DNA from: Deltaproteobacteria bacterium
Lineage (GTDB): Bacteria > Desulfobacterota > Desulfobulbia > Desulfobulbales > S012-135
DNA: 48,902 bases
Assembly (NCBI GenBank): GCA_015488275.1
Contig: WFOD01000287.1
Coordinates: 1-48,902 of the forward strand
Reading direction: 5' to 3'
This document shows, one piece after another, positions 9,001 through 17,518 of the stretch; within the stretch, counting starts at the first letter, position 1; each line of letters opens with the position of its first letter. The notes below the pieces were generated by a model. The model did no database searches and was not told the origin of the DNA. It was given only the letters and a program-made list of their open reading frames with translations. Made by a program: the position numbers and the translations under genes.

Positions 9001-11137
9001 AGAACGGTTCGCCTACGTGCCCAATCTCGTGTTTTCCAACCTTGCCGCCCTTTCCTCCCCCACCTATGGCCACAAGTACTACGTGGACTTGACCCCCACC
9101 GTGGCCCAGATGGGCTCCACCACCTATGTGATCGGCGGCCTCGGCAAGGGAGGCAAGGGTTACTACTGCCTGGATGTCTCCAATGCCGCGGAGATCACCG
9201 ATGAAACCAAGCTGGCGGCGCGGGTGAAGTGGGAGTTCCCGGCCTCGCTCGATCCCCTGCTGCCCACCACCACGCCGGCCAAGCAAAACATGGGCTACAG
9301 TTTCAGCCAGCCCTACGTGCTCAAGTCCAACTACTCGTCGCTGAACAGCGGCACCGACCTGGAGAGCTATGTGGTCATTTTTGGCAACGGCTACGGCAGC
9401 GCCAACGGCCATGCGGTGCTCTACGTGGTCAACCCGGCGGATGGTTCGCTGGTGGCGATGATCGATACCGGGGTAGGCGGGGACAACGGTCTTTCCAGTC
9501 CAGCGGCCATTGACGTGGATAACGACTTTGACGTTGACTTTGTGTACGCCGGCGACCTCAAAGGCAATCTCTGGAAGTTCGACCTGCGGGATCCTGATCC
9601 GAGTAACTGGGGCGTGGCGCATCAGTCCGGCGGCGCGCCGGCGCCGCTCTTTACGGTGAAGAACGCGGTGGGCGAATGCGGCACGCCGGCCATTACCTCC
9701 CGGCCGGATATCATGGCCATGTCGGCGTGTGTGGCGGAAGATGGGACCAGCCTACCCGGCTACATGGTGGTGTTCGGCACGGGCCGCTATCTCGGTGATG
9801 CGGATTTGACCGACACCACGCAGCAGACGATTTACGGCATTTGGGACTACGGTGACAGCGACGACGCAAGCGAGTTTTTGGGCACGTTCGATCCATCGGC
9901 CTCCCAGCCCCTTTCCAACCTGACCGCGCCGATTACCTTGTTGCAACAAACCGATATCTTCAACGGCGAGACCGTGGTGGCCGACTTCACCGCCACGGAG
10001 ACCGATACGCCCAACTCGGCCAAGGTGGCCTTTTCCGACCAGTCCAGCGGCACGATCACCTCCCGGTACTGGGATCTTAATGGCGACGGCATAGTGGACA
10101 GCTATGCCAGTGATCCTGTTTATACCTATTCCACGCCCGGCACCTATCAGGTGACCCTGGTCGTGGTGCGTTCCTATCCGCTGCCCTATGTGGCCAACGC
10201 CAAGACCGCTGTTGTCACGGTGTCGCAGCCGTGGGAGGTCAGCGTGGCCACTGACCTTGACGAGGACACTGTCCTCATCGACACGACCTTGGCGGCCAAC
10301 TTCAAAGTGGACGGGGTGAACACTGCGTCGGACGCCAAGGTGGAGTTTGGGGATATGTCGGAGACCTCGGCCGCTGATATCGTCTCGTGGTATTGGGACT
10401 TTGGCGACGGCACGACCAGCACCGAACAATCGCCCACCCATGTCTATGCCTCGCCCGGCACCTTTACCGTGTCGCTGACCGTAACGGACGCCGACGGCCT
10501 GACATCCACCAAGACCAAGACCGACTATATTACGGTGAGCCATCCCTGGCGGGTGAACATCGAGCTGGCGAGTGGCACGGCCAGTTACCAGGATATTCGG
10601 GTGTTGTCCGACAACACCATCCGCTACTGTCCAGTGGCGGATACCGATGCGGGCCAAGACGCCAATCCAGGCGTGTGCAGCACTGACCCCTCTTCTTCCC
10701 ATGCCGGTTGGTACTTCGACCTGCCGGATGCGGGCGAGAGGGTCATTTCCGACGTGTTCATCCGCGACGGCCGGGCCATCGTGGTGTCGTTCGTGCCCCA
10801 GGCGACCCAGTGTAGCACGGGCGGCTATTCGTACGTCCATGAGCTGGACGCCTGCTCCGGGGCGCGGTTGAGTTCTGCGGTGTTCGATATCAATGCCGAT
10901 AAACTGATCAACGAGAGCGACATGGTGACGATCGCTGACCCGGACAATTACGGCGAATATATTTCCGTGGCGCCAACGGCCATTCGTTTCGAAGGGCGCT
11001 TGCAGCCGCCGGCCATTCTCATGGCGCCGCCCACCAAGACCGAGATCAAGTACTTCAGCACTTCGGCGGGGAATATTGTCACGCAGCGGGAAAAGGGCGA
11101 ACAGCGAGGCATGTTTTATTGGTTGCAGGCAGACTGA
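6005..11137 (+). CDS. pilY1: PilY1/PilC pilus tip adhesin with vWA domain, two golvesin/Xly-CBD-like modules and two PKD-like inserts
   Basis: NIMFVLDDSGS (MIDAS), MTDG, and PilY1 propeller motifs RLGDIVHS, FVGANDGMLHAF, YAGDLKGNLWKFDL, FGTGRYL and GWYFDLP..GERV. The true start is probably the TTG/GTG at about 6107-6113 after an AGGAG RBS. Confidence 0.9.
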   Translation: MGAPEGARACGSLGAGRCCMAGRGRRMAGRKEGALRVRLAKAGRCGPVMLALQTLLAFLFFGSGPLAAATIEVIVDNDTPGVMDAWTGSWSTSGGPNPYGSTSKYTTQIGATAVWTPTLPQAGLYQVYVWYTTIGNRDEQAPYTITHAYGTSEVTQNQKANGGQWNLLGTFCFEAGTAGKVTLTRRSGTVHGGHTNADAVKFVYVPPTALSLADSPLDAKLQPAPANIMFVLDDSGSMDWEFMTPQADGLFNSRRYVFDNPGDNVYSGVLTGQYRGWWKSQWWGYNRIYYNPTVTYTPWPSTTTYPMGDADPDTPRSHPAHSSPTFNLNATYHTITVTPPGAVVVDNKDSGFSRSSYWSESGAVPEYNGSSYYTYKTGMWARWTPNLSLSGNYDVYAFWTCGWNESGKCSWSRDESAPYLIAYDGGSTTVSVNQRYNYGQWNLLAARLPFRAGTSGYVTLEHKSGHATTSADAVMFVPSGVSIASGVIINAHYYTFDDKDGDGELDTGENVYLVNLTNPIEYYLVNDSDGDEMIESGELVAVAAAAVPSTVKTYASPTAADAYTQERQNFANWYSYYRRRELSATAAVASVIDGVSGVRIGIRSINGKIVQPVLDIDTSSGDYTEQLLDILYSYSISAQGTPLRRGLQMVGQYFHAADGKTGGLGSSPIATAADGGECQQNFAIVMTDGYYNGPSPGVGNVDGDNGAPYADLYGETLADVAMYYYENDLAPTLSNQVPATDEDPATHQHMVTYGISFGVIGTLNPADYDFANGIYPTWPNPYAPPASHRIDDLWHATVNGRGTFVSAGNPTELTNAILAVLENIESRSGSSAAVAVNGDELYESIDEEIRMFQSVYNTDGWWGDLIAYELDSDTGAVVTDSPLWAAATVLENFLDTNGHDQRLIATMLPNGTGTPFRYASLDASQQTLLSADPATAQDILAFIRGDNSQEQANGGSFRDRVKRLGDIVHSMAAYDEANDLLFVGANDGMLHAFDPATGAERFAYVPNLVFSNLAALSSPTYGHKYYVDLTPTVAQMGSTTYVIGGLGKGGKGYYCLDVSNAAEITDETKLAARVKWEFPASLDPLLPTTTPAKQNMGYSFSQPYVLKSNYSSLNSGTDLESYVVIFGNGYGSANGHAVLYVVNPADGSLVAMIDTGVGGDNGLSSPAAIDVDNDFDVDFVYAGDLKGNLWKFDLRDPDPSNWGVAHQSGGAPAPLFTVKNAVGECGTPAITSRPDIMAMSACVAEDGTSLPGYMVVFGTGRYLGDADLTDTTQQTIYGIWDYGDSDDASEFLGTFDPSASQPLSNLTAPITLLQQTDIFNGETVVADFTATETDTPNSAKVAFSDQSSGTITSRYWDLNGDGIVDSYASDPVYTYSTPGTYQVTLVVVRSYPLPYVANAKTAVVTVSQPWEVSVATDLDEDTVLIDTTLAANFKVDGVNTASDAKVEFGDMSETSAADIVSWYWDFGDGTTSTEQSPTHVYASPGTFTVSLTVTDADGLTSTKTKTDYITVSHPWRVNIELASGTASYQDIRVLSDNTIRYCPVADTDAGQDANPGVCSTDPSSSHAGWYFDLPDAGERVISDVFIRDGRAIVVSFVPQATQCSTGGYSYVHELDACSGARLSSAVFDINADKLINESDMVTIADPDNYGEYISVAPTAIRFEGRLQPPAILMAPPTKTEIKYFSTSAGNIVTQREKGEQRGMFYWLQAD

Positions 11138-11159
11138 CGGGTAACAAGGAGGTTGACGG

Positions 11160-11492
11160 ATGCGAAATATGCGGTGGTTGCTCGCAACAGGGATGGTCGT
11201 GCTGGCCATGACCGCCGGAGGCGGCAGGGCGGCGGCGCAAGATGTTGATGAGTTCGGCCTGCCCATCGTCCCTGGCCGCACGGTTGTCATTGAGCGGATG
11301 GGCACGGTAAACCGGATCGAGGAGGCCGGGATGGTGGTCGATGACGCCTGGGTGGGCTTTTCGGCCCGCACCCGGTTTTTTTCGCGCAAGAATCAGCCGA
11401 TACAGCGGGATGCGCTGCAGGAGGGCGACAAGGTGGGTTTTGCAATGGAGGCGGACGGGACTACGGCGAAGGCGGTGTGGAAGCTGCCGTGA
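11160..11492 (+). CDS. Small exported hypothetical protein following pilY1
   Basis: AAGGAGG RBS, signal peptide ending AAA|Q, OB-fold-like pattern (LQEGDKVGF). Confidence 0.7.
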   Translation: MRNMRWLLATGMVVLAMTAGGGRAAAQDVDEFGLPIVPGRTVVIERMGTVNRIEEAGMVVDDAWVGFSARTRFFSRKNQPIQRDALQEGDKVGFAMEADGTTAKAVWKLP

Positions 11493-11629
11493 AGTATCTG
11501 GTCTCAGGGGCGTCGGCGCTGATTCCCCGCAAAGCCTTGCCCGGTAAGGGGCCGCGCCGCAAGGACGACGGCGTGGCAGTTTAACATATCCGAACAAAAA
11601 AAGAACGCCGGCAAAGGCCGGCTGGATGA

Positions 11630-13429
11630 ATGTACAACGACAACCGTTTGCTTGAGCTGCTGGTGCGCCAGGGGCTCTTGACCGCCAAGCAGCGCTCCCT
11701 TGTGGAGCTGAAAAAACGTCAAGTCCGGCAAGAACTGCTGCGCCGCCGGGAGCAGCGCAAGGGCGGGCAAGGCAAGGAAGGGGCGGATATTTCTCAGGGC
11801 GCCCCCGATCTTATCGATGTGATTTTGGCCCTGCGCCTGGAACATGCGCAGACCGGCAGGCCCCTCACAGAAGAGGATCTTTTTCAGGCCATCGCACGGG
11901 AGAGTGGCCTGCCCTTTGTCAAGCTCGATCCCCTCGACCTGGATATCGAGGTCGTTACCAAGACCTTGCCCCGCTCTTTTGCCCTCCGTCACCTCATTTT
12001 GCCGTTCAAGGTGGCGGACGGCGTGCTTTCGGTGGCCGTGTGCGACCCTGACAGCCGGGAGGTGCTGGAAGAGGTCGAACGGGCCAGCCAGCGCCCCATC
12101 AGGCCCCATATCACCAGCCGGAGCGATATCCGTAAGCTGCTCGGCGAGTTTCACGGCTTTCAGTCCTCCATCTCGGCGGCTGAGAGCCACCTCGGCGGGC
12201 CAGCGGTGGATATCGCCAACCTTGAGCAGTACGTGCGCATCGCCTCCTCAGATGAGGCGGCAATGAGCGACCGCCATATCCAGCGGGCCGTGGACCATTT
12301 GTTCGCCTACGCCTTTGAGCAGCGGGCAAGCGATATCCACCTGGAGCCCAAACGGGAGCACTGTCTGGTGCGGCTGCGGATCGATGGCCGCCTGCACACC
12401 GTCTATTCCTTGCCCAAAGTGGTGCATCCCGCCATCGTCTCCCGCATCAAGGCCATGAGCCGGCTGAACATTGCGGAAAAGCGGCGGCCCCAAGATGGCC
12501 GGATCAAGGTGGATAGGGATGGCAAACAGTCCGAGATTCGCGTCTCCACTGTTCCCGTGGCCTTTGGCGAGAAAGTGGTGCTGCGGATCCTCGATCCAGA
12601 CGTGCTCTTCCGTGATCTTGGCGATCTTGGTTTTTCCGAACGCGACTTGCGCGTTTTCCGCTCGCTGATCGCCAAGCCCTATGGGATTTTTCTCGTCACC
12701 GGTCCTACTGGCAGTGGCAAGTCCACGACTCTGTATTCAACCCTCAAGCAGGTGGCGCGGCCCGAGCTTAATATCGTCACCGTGGAAGATCCGGTGGAGA
12801 TGGTGTGCGAAGAGTTCAACCAGATCTCAGTGCAACCCCAGGTGGATGTCACCTTTTCGTCGATCTTGCGCAACATCCTGCGGCAAGACCCTGATATCAT
12901 TATGATTGGTGAGATTCGGGACGGCGAAACCGCAGCCCACGCGGTGCAGGCGGCCCTGACCGGCCATCTCGTTTTCTCCACGCTCCATACCAACGACGCG
13001 GTCTCTGCCATTACCCGTTTGCTGGACTTGGGCGTTCAGCCTTTTTTGATTGCCTCCACGTTGATTGGCGCGATGGCCCAGCGTTTGGTGCGGATGATCG
13101 ACCGCCGGTGCAAGGTTTCCCGGCCCACGCCAGCGCAAACGATCACAGGTTTTGGTTTTCCTGCTGACCAGGATATGGTCCTCTACGAAGGAAAGGGGTG
13201 CCGCGAGTGCCGGCAGACCGGCTATTTCGGCCGCTGCGGCATCTTTGAGATCTTTGCCGTGTCTGACAAGTTGCAGAGCCTGATCAGCGCTGGCGCATCA
13301 GAGGCGGAGCTCCGCGCCGCCGCCCAAGCGGAAGGGATGACCACCTTGCGCCAGGACGCCTGGCGTAAGGTGGCGGCTGGCGTCACCACCCTGGGGGAGG
13401 CGGTGCGGGTCGTGGGCACCGCTGGTTAA
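11630..13429 (+). CDS. PilB/GspE-family pilus assembly/secretion ATPase
   Basis: ASDIHLEP, RRPQDGRI, Walker A GPTGSGKS, LRQDPDIIMIGEIRD and His-box TGHLVFSTLHTND. Confidence 0.92.
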   Translation: MYNDNRLLELLVRQGLLTAKQRSLVELKKRQVRQELLRRREQRKGGQGKEGADISQGAPDLIDVILALRLEHAQTGRPLTEEDLFQAIARESGLPFVKLDPLDLDIEVVTKTLPRSFALRHLILPFKVADGVLSVAVCDPDSREVLEEVERASQRPIRPHITSRSDIRKLLGEFHGFQSSISAAESHLGGPAVDIANLEQYVRIASSDEAAMSDRHIQRAVDHLFAYAFEQRASDIHLEPKREHCLVRLRIDGRLHTVYSLPKVVHPAIVSRIKAMSRLNIAEKRRPQDGRIKVDRDGKQSEIRVSTVPVAFGEKVVLRILDPDVLFRDLGDLGFSERDLRVFRSLIAKPYGIFLVTGPTGSGKSTTLYSTLKQVARPELNIVTVEDPVEMVCEEFNQISVQPQVDVTFSSILRNILRQDPDIIMIGEIRDGETAAHAVQAALTGHLVFSTLHTNDAVSAITRLLDLGVQPFLIASTLIGAMAQRLVRMIDRRCKVSRPTPAQTITGFGFPADQDMVLYEGKGCRECRQTGYFGRCGIFEIFAVSDKLQSLISAGASEAELRAAAQAEGMTTLRQDAWRKVAAGVTTLGEAVRVVGTAG

Positions 13430-13451
13430 CAGCCCGTTGAAAAGCAGGCTG
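13430..13451. repeat. Short palindromic REP-like repeat CAGCCCGTTGAAAAGC(A/G)GGCTG
   Basis: Near-identical copies at 33657-33678 and 34529-34550, and an inverted variant at 32480-32503. Confidence 0.6.
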
Positions 13452-13597
13452 TGTGCGCCAAGGATCTGCCGCGCCGAATTTTGTTTTTGTTGGAAGCGCT
13501 TGCCTTTTTTCGTGCTTCTCCCTATAGTTTTCTTTTCTCCCATACCGTCACCATGTCCTGATTTGGCTGCCGGCCCGCCTGCCGGGGATGCACCTCT

Positions 13598-14059
13598 ATG
13601 TCGCGCAAAGTCGTTGCTACCAACAAAAAGGCCTTCCACGATTTCCATATAGAGGAGACCGTGGAGGCGGGAATCGTGCTCAAAGGCTCGGAGGTCAAGT
13701 CGCTCCGCGCCGGCAAGGTGAATCTGCGCGATAGCTACGGCAAGATCAAAGGCGGCGAGGTCTTTCTCGTCAACGTCCATATTTCGCCCTATTCCCATGC
13801 CACCTACGATCGGCAGGACCCGTTGCGGCTCCGTAAACTCCTGTTGCATCGCCGCGAGATCCGCAAGCTGATCGGCAAGGTGCAAGAGCGTGGTTTTTCT
13901 CTCGTGCCGTTGCGCTTGTACTTCAACGAGCGGGGCAAGGTTAAGGTGGAGTTGGCCCTTGCCCGCGGCAAAAAGCTTTACGACAAACGGGCCGCGCTCA
14001 AGAAAAAGCAGCTCGACCGGGAAACGGAACGCGCGGTGCGTGACTACCGCCGTTATTGA
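13598..14059 (+). CDS. smpB: SsrA-binding protein SmpB
   Basis: NKKAFHDF..EAGIVLKGSEVKSLR...RKLLLHRREI...GKKLYDKR; adjacent to tmRNA. Confidence 0.98.
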   Translation: MSRKVVATNKKAFHDFHIEETVEAGIVLKGSEVKSLRAGKVNLRDSYGKIKGGEVFLVNVHISPYSHATYDRQDPLRLRKLLLHRREIRKLIGKVQERGFSLVPLRLYFNERGKVKVELALARGKKLYDKRAALKKKQLDRETERAVRDYRRY

Positions 14060-14167
14060 GGCGTTGCCTTGTCCTCTGCCTGCCCCTTGAAAAAAAGAAA
14101 GAGCAGGGGGTTTACGAAAGGATGGGGGCGTACTATGGTATGAAGTATACGCTTGTTCTTTGACAGT

Positions 14168-14528
<361 letters not shown>

Positions 14529-14849
14529 TGAAAAAGACAACCCGTCTCTCCGCAGGTCTTCTCCGGGACGACGGGTTTTCTGTTTCTTCCCAGATTCTTT
14601 GGCCTCGAAGTCCGAAGTCCGTCCGGTTGGCAACCCATTTTGTATCAATTAAAGCAATGTATTAGGGTGAGAGTTGTTTGCGCGGAAAAGAATGAGTCCT
14701 CATTCATTTTTTGGTTGCGACAAATTGCCGCAGGTTGTAAGCTTTTTGCGCCGGAACCACCACAGTGCCCGGGTAACGGGGGCCGGGCGCCGTGATCCGG
14801 CAGAAAGGGGGAAACGGCAACTGCTAACCAAAGAGAAGGAGGAACCATT

Positions 14850-16004
14850 ATGCGCAAACGGATACGGATCGCCACCGGACTCGCCGCCGCTGCTTTCGGG
14901 ATCACGGCCCTTGCCGCAACGGCCCTGGCCAAGCAGTACCGGGCCACCTTCTACGTGGCCACCATGGGCGGACATTTCGCGGTCGCCGATGTGACCATCG
15001 ACCCGTCGGATCCGCAGCCGATCAAGCTCGACAAGCTCGACCGGATCGTGATCGGCGACTACGAGACCCACGCCACCCATGACCCACGGATCGACGTCAC
15101 CAACCGGGACGTGATGTTCTGGTCCACCTATCACATCGATCCCAACACCAACCAGACCCACGTGGGCAAGAGCGACCTGCGCACCGGCAAAAAGCTGATG
15201 GACATCAATGTGCCCACTCCGCGCGAGGCGACCCACACCCACCACATGTACTGCGCCTCGGCCCAGACCAAGGATTACTATCTGCCGATCTCTATGGCCA
15301 ACCTGGCCTACATCGACGTGTTCCGCAAATCCGATCTCTACCATGTCCGCACCGTGTTCCTCGAGGGGACCGAGGCGGACATCGGCAAACCCTACCTCTT
15401 CTACCACGGCATCAACACGCCAGATATGACCAAGCTGCTCATCACGATCAACGAGGCCGAACGGCCCCAGGGGCCGCCAGTGGGCCGGCTGCACCTCGAG
15501 TTGCTCGACATGGAGGAGCTGATCCACGGCAAGGTGAAACTCCTGGCCAAGAACGTGGTCCCAGGCAAGCCGGGACGCACCATGAGTTTCCGGCAGTACT
15601 TCTCGCCCGACGGCAAGTATCTCGCCAACTCGGGCGCGGACCGTATGTACCTGCTCGACGGCCAGACCCTGGAACTGCTCGACGTGGAGATGCTGGCGCC
15701 CAACGAGGAGAACCACGACGACATCTTCACCCCGGACAGCCGCTACGTGATCGCCACCTCGCGCACCAAGCTTCCCGAGGACACAGCCGCCTCCCTGAGC
15801 CTCAAGAACCCGTTCTGCCAAACCGAGGTTTCAGGCAAGGATCTGGGGCCGGACAACTTCATCATGGACGGCCAGCTCAAGCTCTACGATGTCCAGGCCA
15901 GGAAGTTCATCGGCCAGCCGACCTCGGTGTGCATGCCTTGCCATAACGAGGAGGGGGTCGAGGAACACGCCGTGCTTTGTGGCATCGACGCCAACTGGAA
16001 GTAG
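14850..16004 (+). CDS. Exported His-rich putative beta-propeller protein with a single C-terminal CxxCH motif
   Basis: AGGAGG RBS; signal peptide ending ALA|K; propeller-type motifs FSPDGKYL, TPDMTKLLI and FTPDSRYVI; CMPCH at 15930-15944. Confidence 0.7.
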   Translation: MRKRIRIATGLAAAAFGITALAATALAKQYRATFYVATMGGHFAVADVTIDPSDPQPIKLDKLDRIVIGDYETHATHDPRIDVTNRDVMFWSTYHIDPNTNQTHVGKSDLRTGKKLMDINVPTPREATHTHHMYCASAQTKDYYLPISMANLAYIDVFRKSDLYHVRTVFLEGTEADIGKPYLFYHGINTPDMTKLLITINEAERPQGPPVGRLHLELLDMEELIHGKVKLLAKNVVPGKPGRTMSFRQYFSPDGKYLANSGADRMYLLDGQTLELLDVEMLAPNEENHDDIFTPDSRYVIATSRTKLPEDTAASLSLKNPFCQTEVSGKDLGPDNFIMDGQLKLYDVQARKFIGQPTSVCMPCHNEEGVEEHAVLCGIDANWK

Positions 16005-16070
16005 CCTCCTCGCTCGTTTCTCAAGCCTTGATGCCGGCGGCCGGTCGCGGCCGCCGGCCCGCACTCTCCT

Positions 16071-17273
16071 TTGCCCCCCAACGCATCCGCCGTCATGGGC
16101 CCATTGCCGCCGATCATCTGGAAGAACCTTGTCCGCACGCCCTACCGGACCACCGTCCTCTTGGTGGCCGTGGCCGCGCTTTCAGCCTTGCTCGCCTTCG
16201 CCCTGCTCTTCAACCACGCGGTGCAGAGCGATCTCGACACCACGACCCGCAAGCTGGGGGCCGATATCGTTATGGTGCCGGTGGAGGCTATGGGGCCGGC
16301 CCAGGAGTTCATCCTGGAATCCAAGGAGAAGACCTTTTACATGGACGCCGCGGTCTTCGGCAAGGTCAAGGACCTGCCGGAGATCGAGGCCGCCACCTAC
16401 CAGATCTACCTGAATACCCTGGCCTCGGGCTGCTGCTCAATCATCGACGGCCAGGTCGTGGCCATTGATCAGAAGACGGATTTCATCGTCCGGCCGTGGC
16501 TTGATCATCCGCCCCCCCTTGGCCGTGGCGAGGTATACGTGGGCAGCTACGTGTACGAGTATCTCGGGCTCATCCAGACCCCGTCGCTCTTTGGCCGCAA
16601 GGTCAAGGTGGTCGCCCATCTGCCGCCCACTGGCACCGGCTTGGACCACGCGCTTTTCATGCGGGTCGAGGACCTGGACCTAGTGTCCGAGGAGGCGCGG
16701 GGCGCTTACCGGCCCGGCAGGATCTCCATCGTGTTCCTCAAGGTGCGCAAAGGCTACGACGTTGAGCGGGTGGCCGACAAGATCCAGGAGATCACGCCCA
16801 CCATCGGTATCCTGACCCGCGGCACCCTGGGCGGTTCGATCCGCGAGATCCTGGCCGACATCATGGGTATCTTCACCGTGACCATCGGTTGCTCCACCAC
16901 CTTGGCTGTGCTCCTGGTTTGGTCCGCCTTCACCGCGATCAGCAACGAGCGGCGGCGCGAGGTGGGCATCCTGCGCGCCATCGGGGCCCGGCGGCGCCAC
17001 ATCTTCCTGCTCTTTCTCGGTGAGGCGGCTGTGATCGGCGCGGTCGGCGGCACGGTGGGCGTGGGGGCCGGCGTCGTTCTCCTGCGTCTGGTGGGCGGTC
17101 GGTTCCACGTCTTGGCCAATATCGGGGCCATGATCGGCTGGTCTGCGGCCACGGCGGCCTACGCCGGCGTGGCCCTGGCCTGCGGCATCCTGGTCTGTCT
17201 GCTCGGCGCCCTGCCGCCGGTCTGGCGGTTGGCCCACATGGAGCCGATGGTGGCCGTGCACGGGATCTCTTGA
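16071..17273 (+). CDS. FtsX/MacB-family ABC transporter permease
   Basis: WKNL.R...R N-terminus, LGADIVMVP, ERRREVGILRAIGA motif and 4 TM segments. Start may be the ATG at 16095. Confidence 0.88.
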   Translation: MPPNASAVMGPLPPIIWKNLVRTPYRTTVLLVAVAALSALLAFALLFNHAVQSDLDTTTRKLGADIVMVPVEAMGPAQEFILESKEKTFYMDAAVFGKVKDLPEIEAATYQIYLNTLASGCCSIIDGQVVAIDQKTDFIVRPWLDHPPPLGRGEVYVGSYVYEYLGLIQTPSLFGRKVKVVAHLPPTGTGLDHALFMRVEDLDLVSEEARGAYRPGRISIVFLKVRKGYDVERVADKIQEITPTIGILTRGTLGGSIREILADIMGIFTVTIGCSTTLAVLLVWSAFTAISNERRREVGILRAIGARRRHIFLLFLGEAAVIGAVGGTVGVGAGVVLLRLVGGRFHVLANIGAMIGWSAATAAYAGVALACGILVCLLGALPPVWRLAHMEPMVAVHGIS

Positions 17274-17400
17274 TCACGGGAGCGGCCCTGTACAGCGGCC
17301 CGGCGGTTTCTCCCCTGTAATCTTGGCCACCCTGTAACTAGACTCCCGGTCTGTGAGGTCGCGACTTCGGCATACAGAGGAGTAGGCCCCTGACCAGTTG
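17270..17400. repeat. Degenerate copy of the ~163-bp MITE-like repeat
   Basis: The 3' half CCCGGTCTGTGAGGTCGCGACTTCGGCATACAGAGGAG...CCTGACCAGTT matches the 40012-40174 copy. Confidence 0.55.
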
Positions 17401-17518
17401 CTCTCCCCTCACTCCAGAGTTTTCTTGGACATCGAATTGAATTGGGATAATGTGGGGGTGATCAACCAAGACCGAGTGCTCGAAACCCTGGGGCGTGCGG
17501 CCCCTGGCAGGATGCGTC

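Noticed and set aside
8003-11389. Long minus-strand ORFs (8003-9622, 9752-11389) and similar antisense ORFs elsewhere (e.g. 20786-22267, 37700-39136)
   Set aside because: Shadow ORFs opposite well-supported genes; expected in high-GC DNA; no recognisable motifs.
14740-14845. Possible riboswitch (e.g. c-di-GMP-I) upstream of the propeller gene
   Set aside because: Only generic GC hairpins; the conserved GGCAAAC...GACGCAAAGC core was not found.
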